This document shows positions 1 through 12,252 of a stretch of 64,000 nucleotides of DNA, one piece after another; within the stretch, counting starts at the first letter, position 1; every line of letters begins with the position of its first letter. Origin of the DNA: Octopus sinensis (taxonomy: Eukaryota); contig NC_043000.1 of NCBI RefSeq assembly GCF_006345805.1, positions 155,930,001-155,994,000 on the forward strand, written 5' to 3'. Position numbers and translations under genes: made by a program. The notes beneath the pieces are model-generated. The model made no database searches. It was not told where the DNA came from and saw only the letters and a program-made list of their open reading frames with translations.

Positions 1-521
1 TGTTGATACATTGATGGAAGTGTGCTGCTTGGGTAAGAACTTACACCTCCCACGTGCTGTTCTTTGCTTTGTAAATACTGATGGGAATAAACCATGCAAG
101 ATATACGACCAGCTGTCAGTAAAACTTCCAAAGGCATTTCCAAGGTCATCGCCAACATAGGGGATATTGAGGAAGATGGTTTCAAAGGATTCTTTGGTGG
201 AAGAGAGGAACATGATAATGACGTAGCTGTGTGTCGAGAGGTTTTATGTAAACTTTCCATCCCCTTGTAGTTAGTTGTTGTTGATATTTCACTTCCTAGA
301 CCACTGTCGGCCACTTGGGAACTCTCAGTGAAAACATGACCCAAACGATCAGCATTTTCCATTTGCTGCACACTTCCTTTGGGAATATCAATTTCGAAGA
401 AACAAGATATGTTCTTGTTGATAACTTGCTGTAATAATGAGATCTGGTTAATACTGATGAAGAAATCTAGTTCAGTGGTGACATTTACTTCAAGAGCAGC
501 TCCACACACAAGGAAGTCCGC
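1..521 (-). CDS. VPS13B: VPS13B exon, 3' end uncertain (frame open to the window edge; possible donor GTAAGT would end it at 45)
   Basis: Acceptor ttgtatag at 522-523; FLVCGAALEVNVTTELDFF...VADSGLGSE...PLEVLLTAGRISCMVYS; no stop through position 1. Confidence 0.9.
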
Positions 522-1267
522 CTATACAAAACAGACAAATGATTTTAGTTTCAAGTATTATATTAAAAATTTTAGTTAAAGAATGAAATATGCATTTAAC
601 ATAAATAGAAATATTAACAGAATTTACAAGACAAAAAAAAACATAGATTTACAAACCTCACCAAATGATGATTTTGTTTTTTTTAAATAAAACTGAGAAA
701 TGTACCTTGTACATAAAATAGATAGCTTTGATATATTAGCATGTTCCTAAATTATTCCACAAAAAATTGCATTATTTATATTGCTCTTAGCAAACGCAGT
801 ACATTATTAGGATTCTATTATCTAATTCAAAAATCTGTGCAGCACGGATTTTTGTCAGTGAACAGGTCGCAGATTTTAGCGACGAAAATATTTTGACAAA
901 TTAAACTTAAATGTTGAAGTGAATCAAACGGCTTTTGTGTGTTTCTTAAATGGCTTACAAACACCTTCCACGCTGCAATTGTTTACATTCCAGCACACGA
1001 TCTCAGATCAAATCACTTGCTATGCAAGTACATCTCCGTAATATTATCTAATTATATTTCAAAAACTGTTTTAGTCAATTTTCATCTAATTCTTTACAAT
1101 ACGGTCTGTTACAAGGGGTTAATAAGGTTCGTTGCACTTCTACAACCTGGACATTGATACAGTTACACTACGTCTGTTGAAAATCAGTAGCAACCCCAGA
1201 GATTTCCTTTCTTTTCGTTCTTTTATTTTCTCCTTTCTCTGTTTCTTCTCTCAGCTACATTAAAGTT

Positions 1268-1666
1268 TCTCTCTTTTACTTGTTTCAGTCATTTGACTGC
1301 GGCCATGCTGGAGCACCGCCTTTAATCGAGCAAATCGACCCCAGGACTTATTCTTTTTGTAAGCCCAGTACTTATTCTATCGGTCTCTTTTGCCGAACCG
1401 CAAAGTGACGGGGACATAAACACACCAGCATCGGTTGTCAAGCAATGCTAGAGGGACAAACACAGACACACAAACACACACATGCATATATACATATATA
1501 CGACGGGCTTCTTTTCAGTTTCCGTCTACCAAATCCACTCACAAGGCTTTGGTCGGACCGGGGCTATAGTAGAAGACACTTGCTCAAGGTGCCACGCAGT
1601 GGGACTGAATCCGGAACCATGTGGTTGGTAAGCAAGCTACTTACCACACAGCCACTCCTGTGCCTA
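1268..1666 (-). mobile_element. SINE-A: tRNA-derived SINE with internal (TA/CA)n and (GAGTAAAA)n tail
   Basis: tRNA-like head with A box TGGCTGTGTGG and B box GGTTC(A/G)GTCCC; eleven copies in the window. Confidence 0.9.
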
Positions 1667-1978
1667 TATGTAGATCAGTTTAATATATAAATTCTTATAT
1701 CTTTTAATCAGCTGTCCTTTTGTGGGTTATAAATCTTTTTTTTTTCAGTTTTTTTTTTTTTTTGTCTTTTTTTAACTTAGACCGGTGGGTTTTCTGCATT
1801 ATTGCTTTTTGAACTTTAGACTTGTGGGTCTTTCGTAACTTTCAATTCCTTTCTGTTTCCCTTCTCTCCTAGTTAGTTTCAGGGAGATTTGCACACAATC
1901 TTTCATAACATTTTATAAGCTACACTAAATTTCTTAATTTGTAGTTGATATGTAGGTTTGTTGCACACATGCAACAAA

Positions 1979-2400
1979 TAGGCGCAGGAGTGGCTGTGTG
2001 GTAAGTAGCTTGCTAACCAACAACGTGGTTCCGGGTTCAGTCCCACTTCGTGGCATCTTGGGCAAGTGTCTTCTGCTATAGCCCCGGGCTGACCAATGCT
2101 TTGTGAATGGATTTGGTAGACGGAAACTGAAAGAAGCCTGTCATATATATGTATTTATATATATATATATGTATGTGTGTGTATGTGTTTGTGTGTCTGT
2201 GTTTGTCCCCCTGGCATTGCTTGACAACCGATGCTGGTGTGTTTACGTCCCCATCACTTAGCGGTTCGGCAAAAAGAGACCGATAGAATAAGTACTGGGC
2301 TTACAAAAAGAATAAGTCCCGGGGTCGAGTTGCTCGACTAAAGGCGGTGCTCCAACATGGCCGCAGTCAAATGACTGAAACATGTAAAAGAGTAAAGAGT
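1979..2400 (+). mobile_element. SINE-A, full length (the only tail-bearing copy antisense to VPS13B)
   Basis: Same family; inverted relative to 1268-1666. Confidence 0.92.
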
Positions 2401-2662
2401 AAATAGAGGTGTACTGGGAAAAATGGTAGGGTTTACAAATATTTGATTGATCTGATGGATCTACGAGTTTTTCTGGATTATTTTTTTTTACCCCCCACCC
2501 AACAACTTTAATACTGAGATTCGTTTTCTTTATGTTATTAGCTACTTCACTCCTGAGTGGGACATCAATACACATTACACTGTTAAACTTTTTTTGTTAT
2601 CATGTCACCCGCTAGGCTTAATTATGATATTACATTATTTTCTAACTATTCTAAAATTTATG

Positions 2663-2955
2663 ACATCATCATCATCGTTTAACGTCCGCTTTCCATGCTA
2701 GTATGGGTTGGATGGTTCAACCCGAAGGCTGCACCAGGCCCAGTCAGATCTGGCAGTGTTTCTATGGCTTGATGCCCTTCCTAACGCCAACCACTCCGTG
2801 AGTGTAGTGGGTGCTTTTTATGTGCCACCGACACAGGTGCCAGACGAGGCTGGCAAACGACCATGATCAGATGGTGCTTTTTATGTGCCACTGACACAGG
2901 TATCAGACGAGGCTGGCGAACGGCCACGCTCGGATGGTGCTTTTTACATTCCACT
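2663..2955 (-). mobile_element. RTE-E 3' UTR copy
   Basis: Same 3' terminus. Confidence 0.85.
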
Positions 2956-3109
2956 AGCATTTTTAAAATATCTTCAAATATTTTCTTGGCTCTTTTATAC
3001 ATGCTAACATTATCCTTTTATATGTGTAGGCATATAACAATATGCAGAGAAAAGGCCCTAGATGTGTTTCTGCTGTTCATGCGGTTGGTACATTTGAGAC
3101 AAACTTTTT

Positions 3110-3765
3110 GTTGTTGACCTTTGGAGATATGCTGTGCTTGCGAAGACCCGGCAAGCCAAGTGAGACCATAACTGTGGCTTATGCCAGTGCTGTATAACCA
3201 GCCCGTTTAAAGGTACCCTTCAATCATTGGACAATAAACTATGCTTGCGAAAACCTGTTGACGCAAGTGAAATCACTGTCGTGGCCGATGACAGTACCAC
3301 CTGATTGGTACCCATGCCAGTGGAACATTAAAAGCACCATTCGAGCGTGATTGTTGCCAGGGCTGCTGACTGGCTCCTGTAAAAAGCACCATTCAAGCGT
3401 GATCATAGCCAGCATCGCCTGACTGGCTCCTGTGCTAGTGGCATATGAAAAACACCATTCGAGCATGGTCATTGCCAGTACCGCCGGACTGGCTCCTGTG
3501 CAGGTGGCATGTAAAAAGCACCATTTGAACACGTCTGATGCCAGTACTGCCTGACTGGCCCTCATGTTGGTGGCATGTAAAAGAACCCACTACACTCTTG
3601 GAGTGGTTGGCATTAGGAAGGGCATCCAGCTGCAGAAACTTTGCCAGATCAGATTGGAGACTGGTGCAGCCTTCTGGCTCACCAGCCCTCAGTCAAACCG
3701 TCCAACCCATGCTAGCATGGAAAGTGGACGTTAAACAACAAAGATGATGATGATGATGATGATGA
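3110..3765 (+). mobile_element. RTE-E: RTE-clade LINE 3' end (ORF2 C-terminus, tandem-repeat 3' UTR, (GAT)n tail)
   Basis: DLWRYAVLAKTRQAK* at 3116-3163, then ~60-bp units and the tail ggcattaggaagggcatccagc...gacgttaaa-(GAT)n. Confidence 0.8.
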
Positions 3766-4587
3766 TTGTGCAATCTGTCTTTAGAAGGTTTGGTAGTTTT
3801 CAACATAATAGTCTTTCTTGATTACTGGTGGTTTTGTCATAGTTTTTCTGTAATGTGAGTGGGATATACACTGTTTGGGTGTTTCACGGATGGTTACTGT
3901 CTTTATCCATAATTCAATGCACAGTATGGCTAATCTGTTATTGGTGTGCCTAGATGGGTAGTCACTTGCAACATGGATGGAGCTTGCTGAGTCCTATAAT
4001 ACACATAACGTGTTCTTCAGCCTTCCCACCATCAGTGTAAAGAATAATTTTCAAGATGAGGTTAATGCCGTCAACATATTAAGACTTCAGTGCTATATTG
4101 ATATTAGAAATAAACATTTTCTTCTGAACTATTTAACCTCAACAGATATCTAGGTTGAGCTCCATCAGTGGGTCATTTACCATTTTATGTCTAAAATCAC
4201 TACTAAAATGTATACATTTGCAAGTCGAGGCAGATATTCTCGGCTGACGGGCGTCTGCTACTCTAGACCGATGAAGGACAATGATCCTGAAACATGCGTG
4301 TCTCTAGATGCAGGCCTGGCTGCTGGGGGTGTTTGTCTCCCCTTCGTAAATGTATATAAGGACACAGGAAAAATGTGTTGAAGCCATCAGGAGGCGTCGA
4401 TGCTTCCTAGGGCTAAACAGCGGTGGTGTAACCCCCTACTGTCACGTTCAGGTTAGATTGACAGTATACAACCATTCTATCACCCCACCACCGTATATGT
4501 CTCTATGAGAGATTTAGAAATTTAATATTTTTCATTTAATAATTAAAATATGTATAGTATTTAATAACATATACTTAATTTTCTCAC

Positions 4588-4702
4588 CTGAGGTTTCTGC
4601 TCCAAATTAGTTGGCCTGTTGTAGACAATAGGTGGAGCTACAACCACTTTTAGGTTGAAATTGTATGCTAGAGGAACCAAAATTACATCAACGTTCTCTC
4701 GT
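4588..4702 (-). CDS. VPS13B: VPS13B exon (115 nt; not in the ORF track)
   Basis: Acceptor attcccag, donor CAG|GTGAGA; VILVPLAYNFNLKVVVAPPIVY; phase 2 to 0. Confidence 0.92.
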
Positions 4703-5053
4703 CTGGGAATGAAAAAGACACAAGAATCAATTACAATTACAGAAGTTTATCAAATAAAACAAGAGAAAGAAAATTAATGGTTCCACTTCAAAACCCCTTT
4801 TAAATTTTAATAACCATTTTTCCATTCTGGCATATCATAAGTCAGCACTTCATGTGGTGAACATTCTAAACTCTTTCACCTCAGCACTTTTTCTATATCT
4901 TCCTCAGTCTTCCTCTGTGCAGCAGCCAACACTCACCATTCCTCCAGCCTAAATCTCTGATGAGATCTGAACTCAGAATGTAAAGATGTAACTTAATATC
5001 AAAAGTCACTTCGTCCAACAAAGGCATAAGTATAAAAAGTCATTATAACTTAC

Positions 5054-5168
5054 TGGTTTGGGTATTGAAGTGTGTTCCATTCAAGTGCTGGGATTTGAAC
5101 AGTAGGAGAGACTGTCTCAGGAAATCCAGTGCTTTTGGAATTCTTTTTGACAAAATCTTGCCAACGCC
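5054..5168 (-). CDS. VPS13B: VPS13B exon (115 nt; not in the ORF track)
   Basis: Acceptor ttgtatag, donor GTAAGT; VQIPALEWN; phase 1 to 2. Confidence 0.93.
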
Positions 5169-5544
5169 CTATACAAAAGAAAAGAATAGATTTTCATTAT
5201 CTCATTAATTTGAACCATAACAGTTGACTATTACAATTCAAATTAATTAAAGGAGTAAAAGAACAGACTAAATATTCCTTAATTCCAGTCATCATTTACC
5301 ATTGAGCTGTAATCTACAAGTTTTTGTTAAAACTCTAAAATATCTTCAAGCAAGAACAAATTATTGAATTACAGACAAGGAGAATGCTGCTACCCTTGAA
5401 GCGGTTTATACAAGGAATGAATGAATCACATAAATATAGATAAAATAGTTTTGGAAGTGATTGAAAATAAAAGAATTGAAGTTAAATAATATAATCACGT
5501 CATGAACTGTTTATGATTTTCTTTTTCTTCTTAATTACAAAAGT

Positions 5545-5910
5545 CATAATAATAATAATAATAAAACATTGTGTACAGTGCTCAGGTGCACTACAACTCA
5601 TCTAAAGTGTATGTATAGTACATAGGGTAATGTACAAGCGTCAGGAAAAGAACAGTGCATGAGTCATGACATACACATATGTGTATAAGTATGGAAGGGG
5701 GACAATCAGGTGTAGTTTCGACGGATTTCGGAAAGCATGAGGGCCTTAAAGGATGCAGTGTCATGGCAGTCAACAACTGACGCACGCAGTTTGTTCCATG
5801 CTTCAGCAACTCTGAGCGTGAAAAAATGTTTCTGAAAGTCATGGGAGCTGTGTTGTTTTCTGACTTTGTAGGCATGTCCACGTGTGTTGAACACATGGAG
5901 ATCAAAATTT
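5545..5910 (-). mobile_element. CR1-clade LINE 3' end, family 2
   Basis: NTRGHAYKVRKQH...HFFTLRVAEAWNKL; (TTA)n tail. Confidence 0.9.
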
Positions 5911-6269
5911 ATCATTATTATATATTTTATGAGACTTTTAAGAATGAAAGAGAAAACTAACAAGGAATATAACCCTCAACAACATCTAGCTGTTACTGCC
6001 AGCCATAAATTCTCAATAAAAATATAAGAATCTCACGTTAATGATTTCCAGTAGGTTATGTGCAGATTAGGCAAATAAATTGAGTGAAGGAAAAACCAGT
6101 ATTGAAATGCGATGATGATGATGATGATTCAGAGGAAAACAACACCAATGACTTTTAAAGCACCATTAAGGCTGGTAAGAAACAAGATGAGGAAGAAATT
6201 CCTGCTCATAGGTTATTGCAGAAAGGAGTGGCATAACAAAGTACCCAGTTATCCTGAGCCCTAATGTCT

Positions 6270-6405
6270 GCAACTGTGATACCAGTGCCGGTGGCATGTA
6301 TGAGAACCATCCGAACGTGGCCATTGCCAGTGCCGCCCGACTGGCCCTAGTTGAACCGTCCAACCCATGCCAGCATGGAAAGCAGACGTTAAATGATGAT
6401 GATGA
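6270..6405 (+). mobile_element. RTE-E, internally deleted fragment
   Basis: One unit joined to the terminal 50 bp. Confidence 0.75.
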
Positions 6406-6757
6406 GAGTGGACCCTTTTCAAGGCAACCCAAATCCAGCTGGTTGAGTTAAACTGAGTGGGGTATTATTTTTACTACCAAAAAACAAGTACAGTTTGGCA
6501 CACTTTCTGTCTACATAATTTTCTTCACATGGCTTGGGCTGACCCAAACTATGATAGAAGGGACTTGTCTAAGATAGATTGCAACATGATCAAACCTTGA
6601 ATAGTGTAATTTTCTTTTTTTTAAATTTGGATTGCATATGGTGTTTTTTAAGAAATTAGCTCAAGTTAAATATCTAGGTGTAATGTTTTTAACACATTAT
6701 TTCATTAATAAAACCCAGTCTTATAAATGTCATCTCAGAAAAAATCATAAGACTTAC

Positions 6758-7572
6758 CAGAAGAAAGGGAAAGCCCTTTGATATCAAATTGATATTGTCT
6801 ATCTTCAATGGCTGATCCAGGTTGGTGAGTGATCCCAGCTTGAAGTGCATGAGCAAAGAGATGTTTGCATACTACATAGCGAGGCAGAGGATTGTCGGCT
6901 TGAGACGATAAGCTCAACAGATGAAACTGAAGTAATAGCATGTCGTGATCCATAGTTGCGTTTGACATGTTTTTCAGAGTTTTAGCATCAGGTCCACTTT
7001 GACCATTGGGAAAGAACATACGCAAGCAAGACAGATTGACATACATTAACGGCAAGCTGCTTGTAGTGAAAGAAAATGAAGGAGCTTTTTGGGCGGCTTC
7101 ACTCTCTGTAAGCGTGGTTACTCCACTTCTGCAAAGTTTGTGTAAACTTGACATCAACAGAGAAAGCTCGGCAATATCAAACACGGACTTAATGGCTGGC
7201 AAGTAAATTACCACATCGCACGGTTCCATACTTAGACATACCTCAGAAATGTACTTATGGAAGTAGAGGTTTTCACCAGAACTCGATGCTTCGATATCAT
7301 GAAGGCCAATAAGTTCAACGTTTAATTTACAAAGCCGCCTCTTGACATTTTTACACAAAGCTCGCGTAAATGTCAATGAGAGAAAACCATGCCTTTTCTC
7401 TCTTGGTTGATCTGTAGTTGACTGAAACAAATTGACGGTAGACGTCTGAAGACCATTGTCGGATAAAGACCAAAGACGGGGTCCAACAATCTGGGTGTTT
7501 GACACTAAATCAGGAGTACAAGAAAGTATTATACCCTCATAAGGTCCCTTTCTCCAGTTATTACTGTCAGAC
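6758..7572 (-). CDS. VPS13B: VPS13B exon (815 nt)
   Basis: Acceptor tatttcag, donor GTAAGT; HGFLSLTFTRA...QADNPLPR...PGSAIEDRQYQFDI; phase 2 to 1. Confidence 0.96.
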
Positions 7573-7746
7573 CTGAAATATAAATACATTTTGTTGAAGG
7601 GAAAACAATAAATTTTATACAATATGTACAGATAATACACAAATATAGATTGCAACATACAAGTACAGTACATAGATGTGTGTGTGTGTGTGTGTGCGTG
7701 CACACTACAGTGTGTTGAACATAATATGATGTATGTATTTTGATAT

Positions 7747-8131
7747 ACTCTTTACTCTTTTACTCTTTTATTTGTTTCAGTCATTTGACTGCGGCCATGC
7801 TGGAGCACCACCTTTAGTCGAGCACTAAAGCCCACTATTTATTCTATCGGTCTCTTTTGCCGAACCGCTAAGTAACGGGGACATAAACACGCCAGCATCG
7901 GTTGTCAAGCAATGCTAGGGGGACAAACACAGACACACAAACACACACACACACACATACATATACATATATACGATGGGCTTCTTTCAGTTTCCGTCTA
8001 CCAAATCCACTCACAAGGCTTTGGTCGGCCCGAGGCTATAGTAGAAGACACTTGCCCAAGGAGCCACGTAGTGGGACTGAACCCGGAATCACGTGGTTGG
8101 TAAACAAGCAACTTACCACACAGCCACTCCT
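7747..8131 (-). mobile_element. SINE-A
   Basis: Same family. Confidence 0.92.
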
Positions 8132-8154
8132 CCTTGCCATATATAAATTTGTAT

Positions 8155-8490
8155 TGTAACAGTGAATGAAGGAGCATTTTAGGTGTGTCAGAAAGAGTGT
8201 GATCACTTCAGTTCTGCAAAGTTTGTGCAAACTCAACAACAGAGAGAGTTCTTAGCAATATCAGGCATGGAGTTTAAGTATTGTACTGTATCATCATTTT
8301 CATCCACTTTTCATATAGACATGAGTTGGACAGTTCAACAGGATTTAACAAGTCAGGGGACCATGTCCAAACAGTTGCAAATGTCAAAAAGTATAGATAT
8401 GATACTCCCCAGAACACAACATAATTTGCTTCAACACAAGAATTCACAAAAAGGACCTTGAAAACCAGATATAAAAACGAAGTATAAATA
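8155..8490 (-). pseudogene. Decayed partial duplicate (pseudo-exon) of the 815-nt VPS13B exon plus its acceptor region
   Basis: Collinear matches to 7062-7590: gaa(a/g)tataaata, aaatgtcaa, agttcaac, gcaatatca, ttctgcaaagtttgtg(t/c)aaact, aatgaaggagc. Contains frameshifts, stops and deletions, and the acceptor AG is lost. Confidence 0.75.
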
Positions 8491-8745
8491 ATAATAATAA
8501 TAATGAAATTATTGTATACAGTGCTCAGGTGCACCACAACTTGTCAGAAAGTGCGTATAAAGTATATGCAGTAATGTACAAATGTCTGGAAAGCGAACAA
8601 TGTATGAGTCAGATACATGCTTGTGTGTGTATGGAGGGGAGAAAATCAGGTGTAGTGTTGGCGAATCTCAGGAAGCATGGAAGTTTTGAAGGATGCAATG
8701 CTCCGACAACTAACAACTGATGCCGGCAGTTTGTTCCATGCTTCC
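8490..8745 (-). mobile_element. CR1 family 2, 3' fragment
   Basis: Homologous to 5560-5800 and 35070-35310. Confidence 0.88.
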
Positions 8746-9147
8746 ATCTTTCAGCAAAACAACATTATAATACCAACTGTTGATACAAAATAAAGAACAG
8801 AGATATTTAACAAGCAGGTGCATATTATTACTATCTACTCATGATATAGTGCACTATATAGTACCAGAATCCACTTCAGTAAGGTAAAATTGGAGTAGAA
8901 GAACTACAGATTTACCTTTAATCAACTATTTCTGTGTTATAGTTCAGTAAACAGAGGTGACTGAAATAAACCCTTTCACATTTAAACCAGCCCCAATATT
9001 CTATACTGTTTTATGGTCAAACTGGCCAGATCCAACCTCTCACACCTACCCTACAAAGTCATTTTTAAAATAATCACATCATTGAAATCTTGAAGCTATA
9101 AGAGATAATCTATGATTAATTCAAAACAGTATGAATAAATAAGCATT

Positions 9148-9615
9148 ACATCATCATCATCATCGTTTAATGTCCGTTTTTCCGCGCTAGCACGAGTTGG
9201 ACGTTCAACCGGGGTCTGGGAAGCCAGGGGCTGCACCAGGTTCCAATCTGATCTGGCAGTGTTTCTACAGCTGGATGCCCTTCCTAACGCCAACCACTCC
9301 GCGAGTGTAGTGGGTGCTTTTTACGTGCCACCTGCATAGGTACCAGGGGAGTCCGGCATCGGCCACGATCGGTTGGTGTTTTTAACGTGCCACCAGCACG
9401 GAAGCCAGCCAAGGCGGTGCTGGCATCGGCCACGTTCAGATGGTGTTTTTAACGTGCCACCAGCACGGAAGCCAGCTGAGGCGGCGCTGTCATCGGCCAC
9501 ATTCGGATGGTGCTTTTTATGTGCCACCGGCACTGGAGCCAGCCAAGAGGCGCTGGCATCGGCCACGTTCGGATGGTGCTTTTTATGTGTCACCGGCACA
9601 GAAGCCAGTCGAAGC
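9148..9615 (-). mobile_element. RTE-E 3' UTR copy
   Basis: Same terminus, about 4-5 units. Confidence 0.85.
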
Positions 9616-9984
9616 CAGAAGCCACATTTGACAGTAATCTGAATTCTAAAGGGTTAATCCACAATAATAACAGAATTAAAGAATTTATATTATAACTTAA
9701 TTCTATAATCCATAGTTGATATACAGTTAACTTTAGGATCATGTAGTGAATCAGATCCAAAAGAGGTGAAGATATTTTTAACCCTTTCAATATGATTTGT
9801 CCAAGATTGCTCCCCGTTATGATACAAACTTCTTCTTTGAAAAAAATCTAAGTCAAAATCGTCGTTCAAAATTTCATGTTATTTTCCAAACACCAACAAA
9901 GTTACATTACTAAATTTTTCATTATTTCCAAAACTAACTGGAAAAAAAAAGCAGTACATTTCAACAGACATATCATAAACAAAA

Positions 9985-10325
9985 CGTGCCACCGGCACAG
10001 GGGACAAGTTAGGCTGGCAACGGCCACGAACGGATGGTGCGGTGGCACGTAAAAAGCACCATCCATTCGTGGCTGTTGCCAGCCTCGCCTGGCACATAAA
10101 AATCACCATCCGATTGTGGCCGTTTGCCAGACTCGTCTGGCACGTAAAAAGCACCCACTACACTCATGGAGTGGTTGGCGTTAGGAAGGGCATCCAGCCG
10201 TAGAAACACTGCCAGATCAGACTGGAGCCTGGTGCAGCCTTCTGGCTTCCCAGACCCCAGTTGAACCGTCCAACCCATGCTAGCATGGAAAGCGGACGCT
10301 AAACGATGATGATGATGATGATGAA
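9985..10325 (+). mobile_element. RTE-E 3' UTR copy
   Basis: Same terminus. Confidence 0.85.
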
Positions 10326-10618
10326 AACAGTAAAGACAGAAGATGAACTTTTAAGGAAAACTTGGCAGCTATTTCTAACTATTTTAGCTGATCAAGAACC
10401 AACTAAAGGTTCTTTCTCTAAAAACACAGGATGTTTAGAGCTGGAACACCTTTGAACATAGGTTTGAGTGATTTTGGCTAAACTGGTGCTAATGAACAAC
10501 AGCTTGTAGGTATTCACACATACAGGGGAAAATATTGGGAATTTTGCCCTCAATAAATAGAACTCATGAAAAACCATAAAGTTACAACAGGTGTTAATGA
10601 TTAGAAATTTACACTAAC

Positions 10619-10733
10619 CTTCTGAAATGCTGTGTTATACTGACAGAGCCAACGTTAGCTTTGGCCTTGATGTATATCTCTTGGACATCGATGGAAATTG
10701 CCAGTTCCTCTGACAAGCAAACTATTTGGTTTT
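10619..10733 (-). CDS. VPS13B: VPS13B exon (115 nt; not in the ORF track)
   Basis: Acceptor tttacag, donor AAG|GTTAGT; EELAISIDVQEIYIKAK; phase 1 to 2. Confidence 0.93.
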
Positions 10734-10740
10734 CTGTAAA

Positions 10741-10782
10741 TTAATAATAACAATAACAATAATAATAATAAAAATAAAAATG

Positions 10783-10819
<37 letters not shown>

Positions 10820-10870
10820 TGATAATAATAATTATAATGATGATGATGATGATGATGATAATAATAATCC
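10741..10870. repeat. (AAT)n/(GAT)n microsatellite
   Basis: Direct reading; other long (AAT)n runs at 11278-11314, 35600-35717, 36148-36180, 60038-60072 and 61208-61243. Confidence 0.95.
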
Positions 10871-11275
10871 TTTCTACTGTAAGTATAAGGCCTGAAGTTT
10901 TGGTGGAGGGGTTGAGTTGATTACATTGATCCAGTATGCAACTGGTACTTATTTTATTGATCCTGAAATGATGAAAGGCAAAGTCGACCTTGGTGGAATT
11001 TGAACTCAGAACATAACAATGGAGGAAATGCTGCTAAACATTTCACCCAGCATGCCAACAATTCTGCCAGCTCCCCACCTTCAATAATAACAACAACAAC
11101 AACAACACCACCAACAACAACAACAATCATCTTTTCTACTCTAGGCACAAGGCCCAACATTTTTGGAGAGGGAGCCAGTCGTTTAGATCGACCCTAGTAC
11201 ACAACTGTACTTAATTTATCGACTCCGAAAGGATGAAAGGCAAAGCTGACCTTAGCGGAATTTGAACTCAGACTT
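10866..11275 (-). mobile_element. Two older SINE-B2 copies (same central domain, tail ...ttgtgcctatagtagaaaggatt(att)n)
   Basis: 10866-11075 and 11125-11275; further copies at 36178-36392, 40258-40400, 47765-48780 and 53400-53570. Confidence 0.8.
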
Positions 11276-11314
<39 letters not shown>

Positions 11315-11316
<2 letters not shown>

Positions 11317-11550
11317 GGTTGATTAAACTCAGTCAGAGAGTAAACGCAGAATCTGTGGGAAAGAAGATGAAAGTATTAACAATCTCTTGAATTAATGAAG
11401 CAACCTAGCATAAAAAGATTATAAGTGTAGGCATGACTGTATAGGTAAAAGAGTGCACTGGGATGTTACCTGAGCATGTAGATATGAACATGAACCAAAG
11501 ACTGTGATAGACAATAAAAATTACAAGATTTTATGGGATATTGCTACAAT
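11315..11550 (+). mobile_element. R4/Dong-clade LINE fragment following (AAT)n
   Basis: Decayed CRICGKEDESI..L...LA.KDYK.RHD.IGKRVHW...YEHEPKTV...KILWD (CCHC knuckle leading into the REL endonuclease). Confidence 0.82.
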
Positions 11551-11775
11551 TTAGGATGGTCATGTATTTGTATTAGCTTTCAAAAAAGATAGAGGCACCA
11601 GGGCCGTCTTAACAGATTTATAGGCCCCTGAGCAAATCAATGCCCTAGCCACAATATTATTTTTCATACTAATCAGAACTATTTTTTATATTGATCAGAA
11701 CTGCTTTCATACAGCAATATATATTTTAAACACTGCATTTGTCACAAAGTTCAATAACCATAGAAACACATACAC

Positions 11776-12179
11776 CAGGGATGCGCCATCTAGATAGGCA
11801 AGGTAGGCAGTGCCTACCTTGGATAAAATAGATCGATAGCAACATATGCACCTAATTCAATAAAATCATGATTACCATGTATAAAATGCAAAATATTAAA
11901 ATTTTTTTTATAGATTAAGTAGGCATAATTTGTCCCTTTTTTTCAATCTCTGCTTTTAAATTTCCTCCCTGCTTTTCAAATTAAGCTATGCATAATACTG
12001 CTGTGGTACATGTACCATGTACATTCCTACAACAACGCATTTTTTTATGTGCTACAAAGGCAGAAGTAAATCTGCCTACAACTCAGTCATGCACTTGTGT
12101 TTCATTTATTTTTTGTGTGTTTTACTACATAAAGGTCACCGACTGCCTACCCTGAGTAATTACTGACAACACATGCCTG
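11776..12179. mobile_element. hAT-type non-autonomous element
   Basis: CAGG(G/C)ATG(C/T)G imperfect TIRs; perfect 8-bp TSD acatacac at 11768-11775 and 12180-12187. Confidence 0.85.
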
Positions 12180-12252
12180 ACATACACATATGCAGAAATA
12201 AGACACATAAGTAATTCCCTTTATATACAGAAATTGAAAGTATATTTCTTAC

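Noticed and set aside
8440-8470. Functional alternative acceptor (ttttcaag|g) in the pseudo-exon
   Set aside because: In the required phase it hits TGA after three codons.
4588-10733. Three exons of exactly 115 nt as internal duplicates
   Set aside because: Their sequences and phases are unrelated; the equal length looks coincidental.
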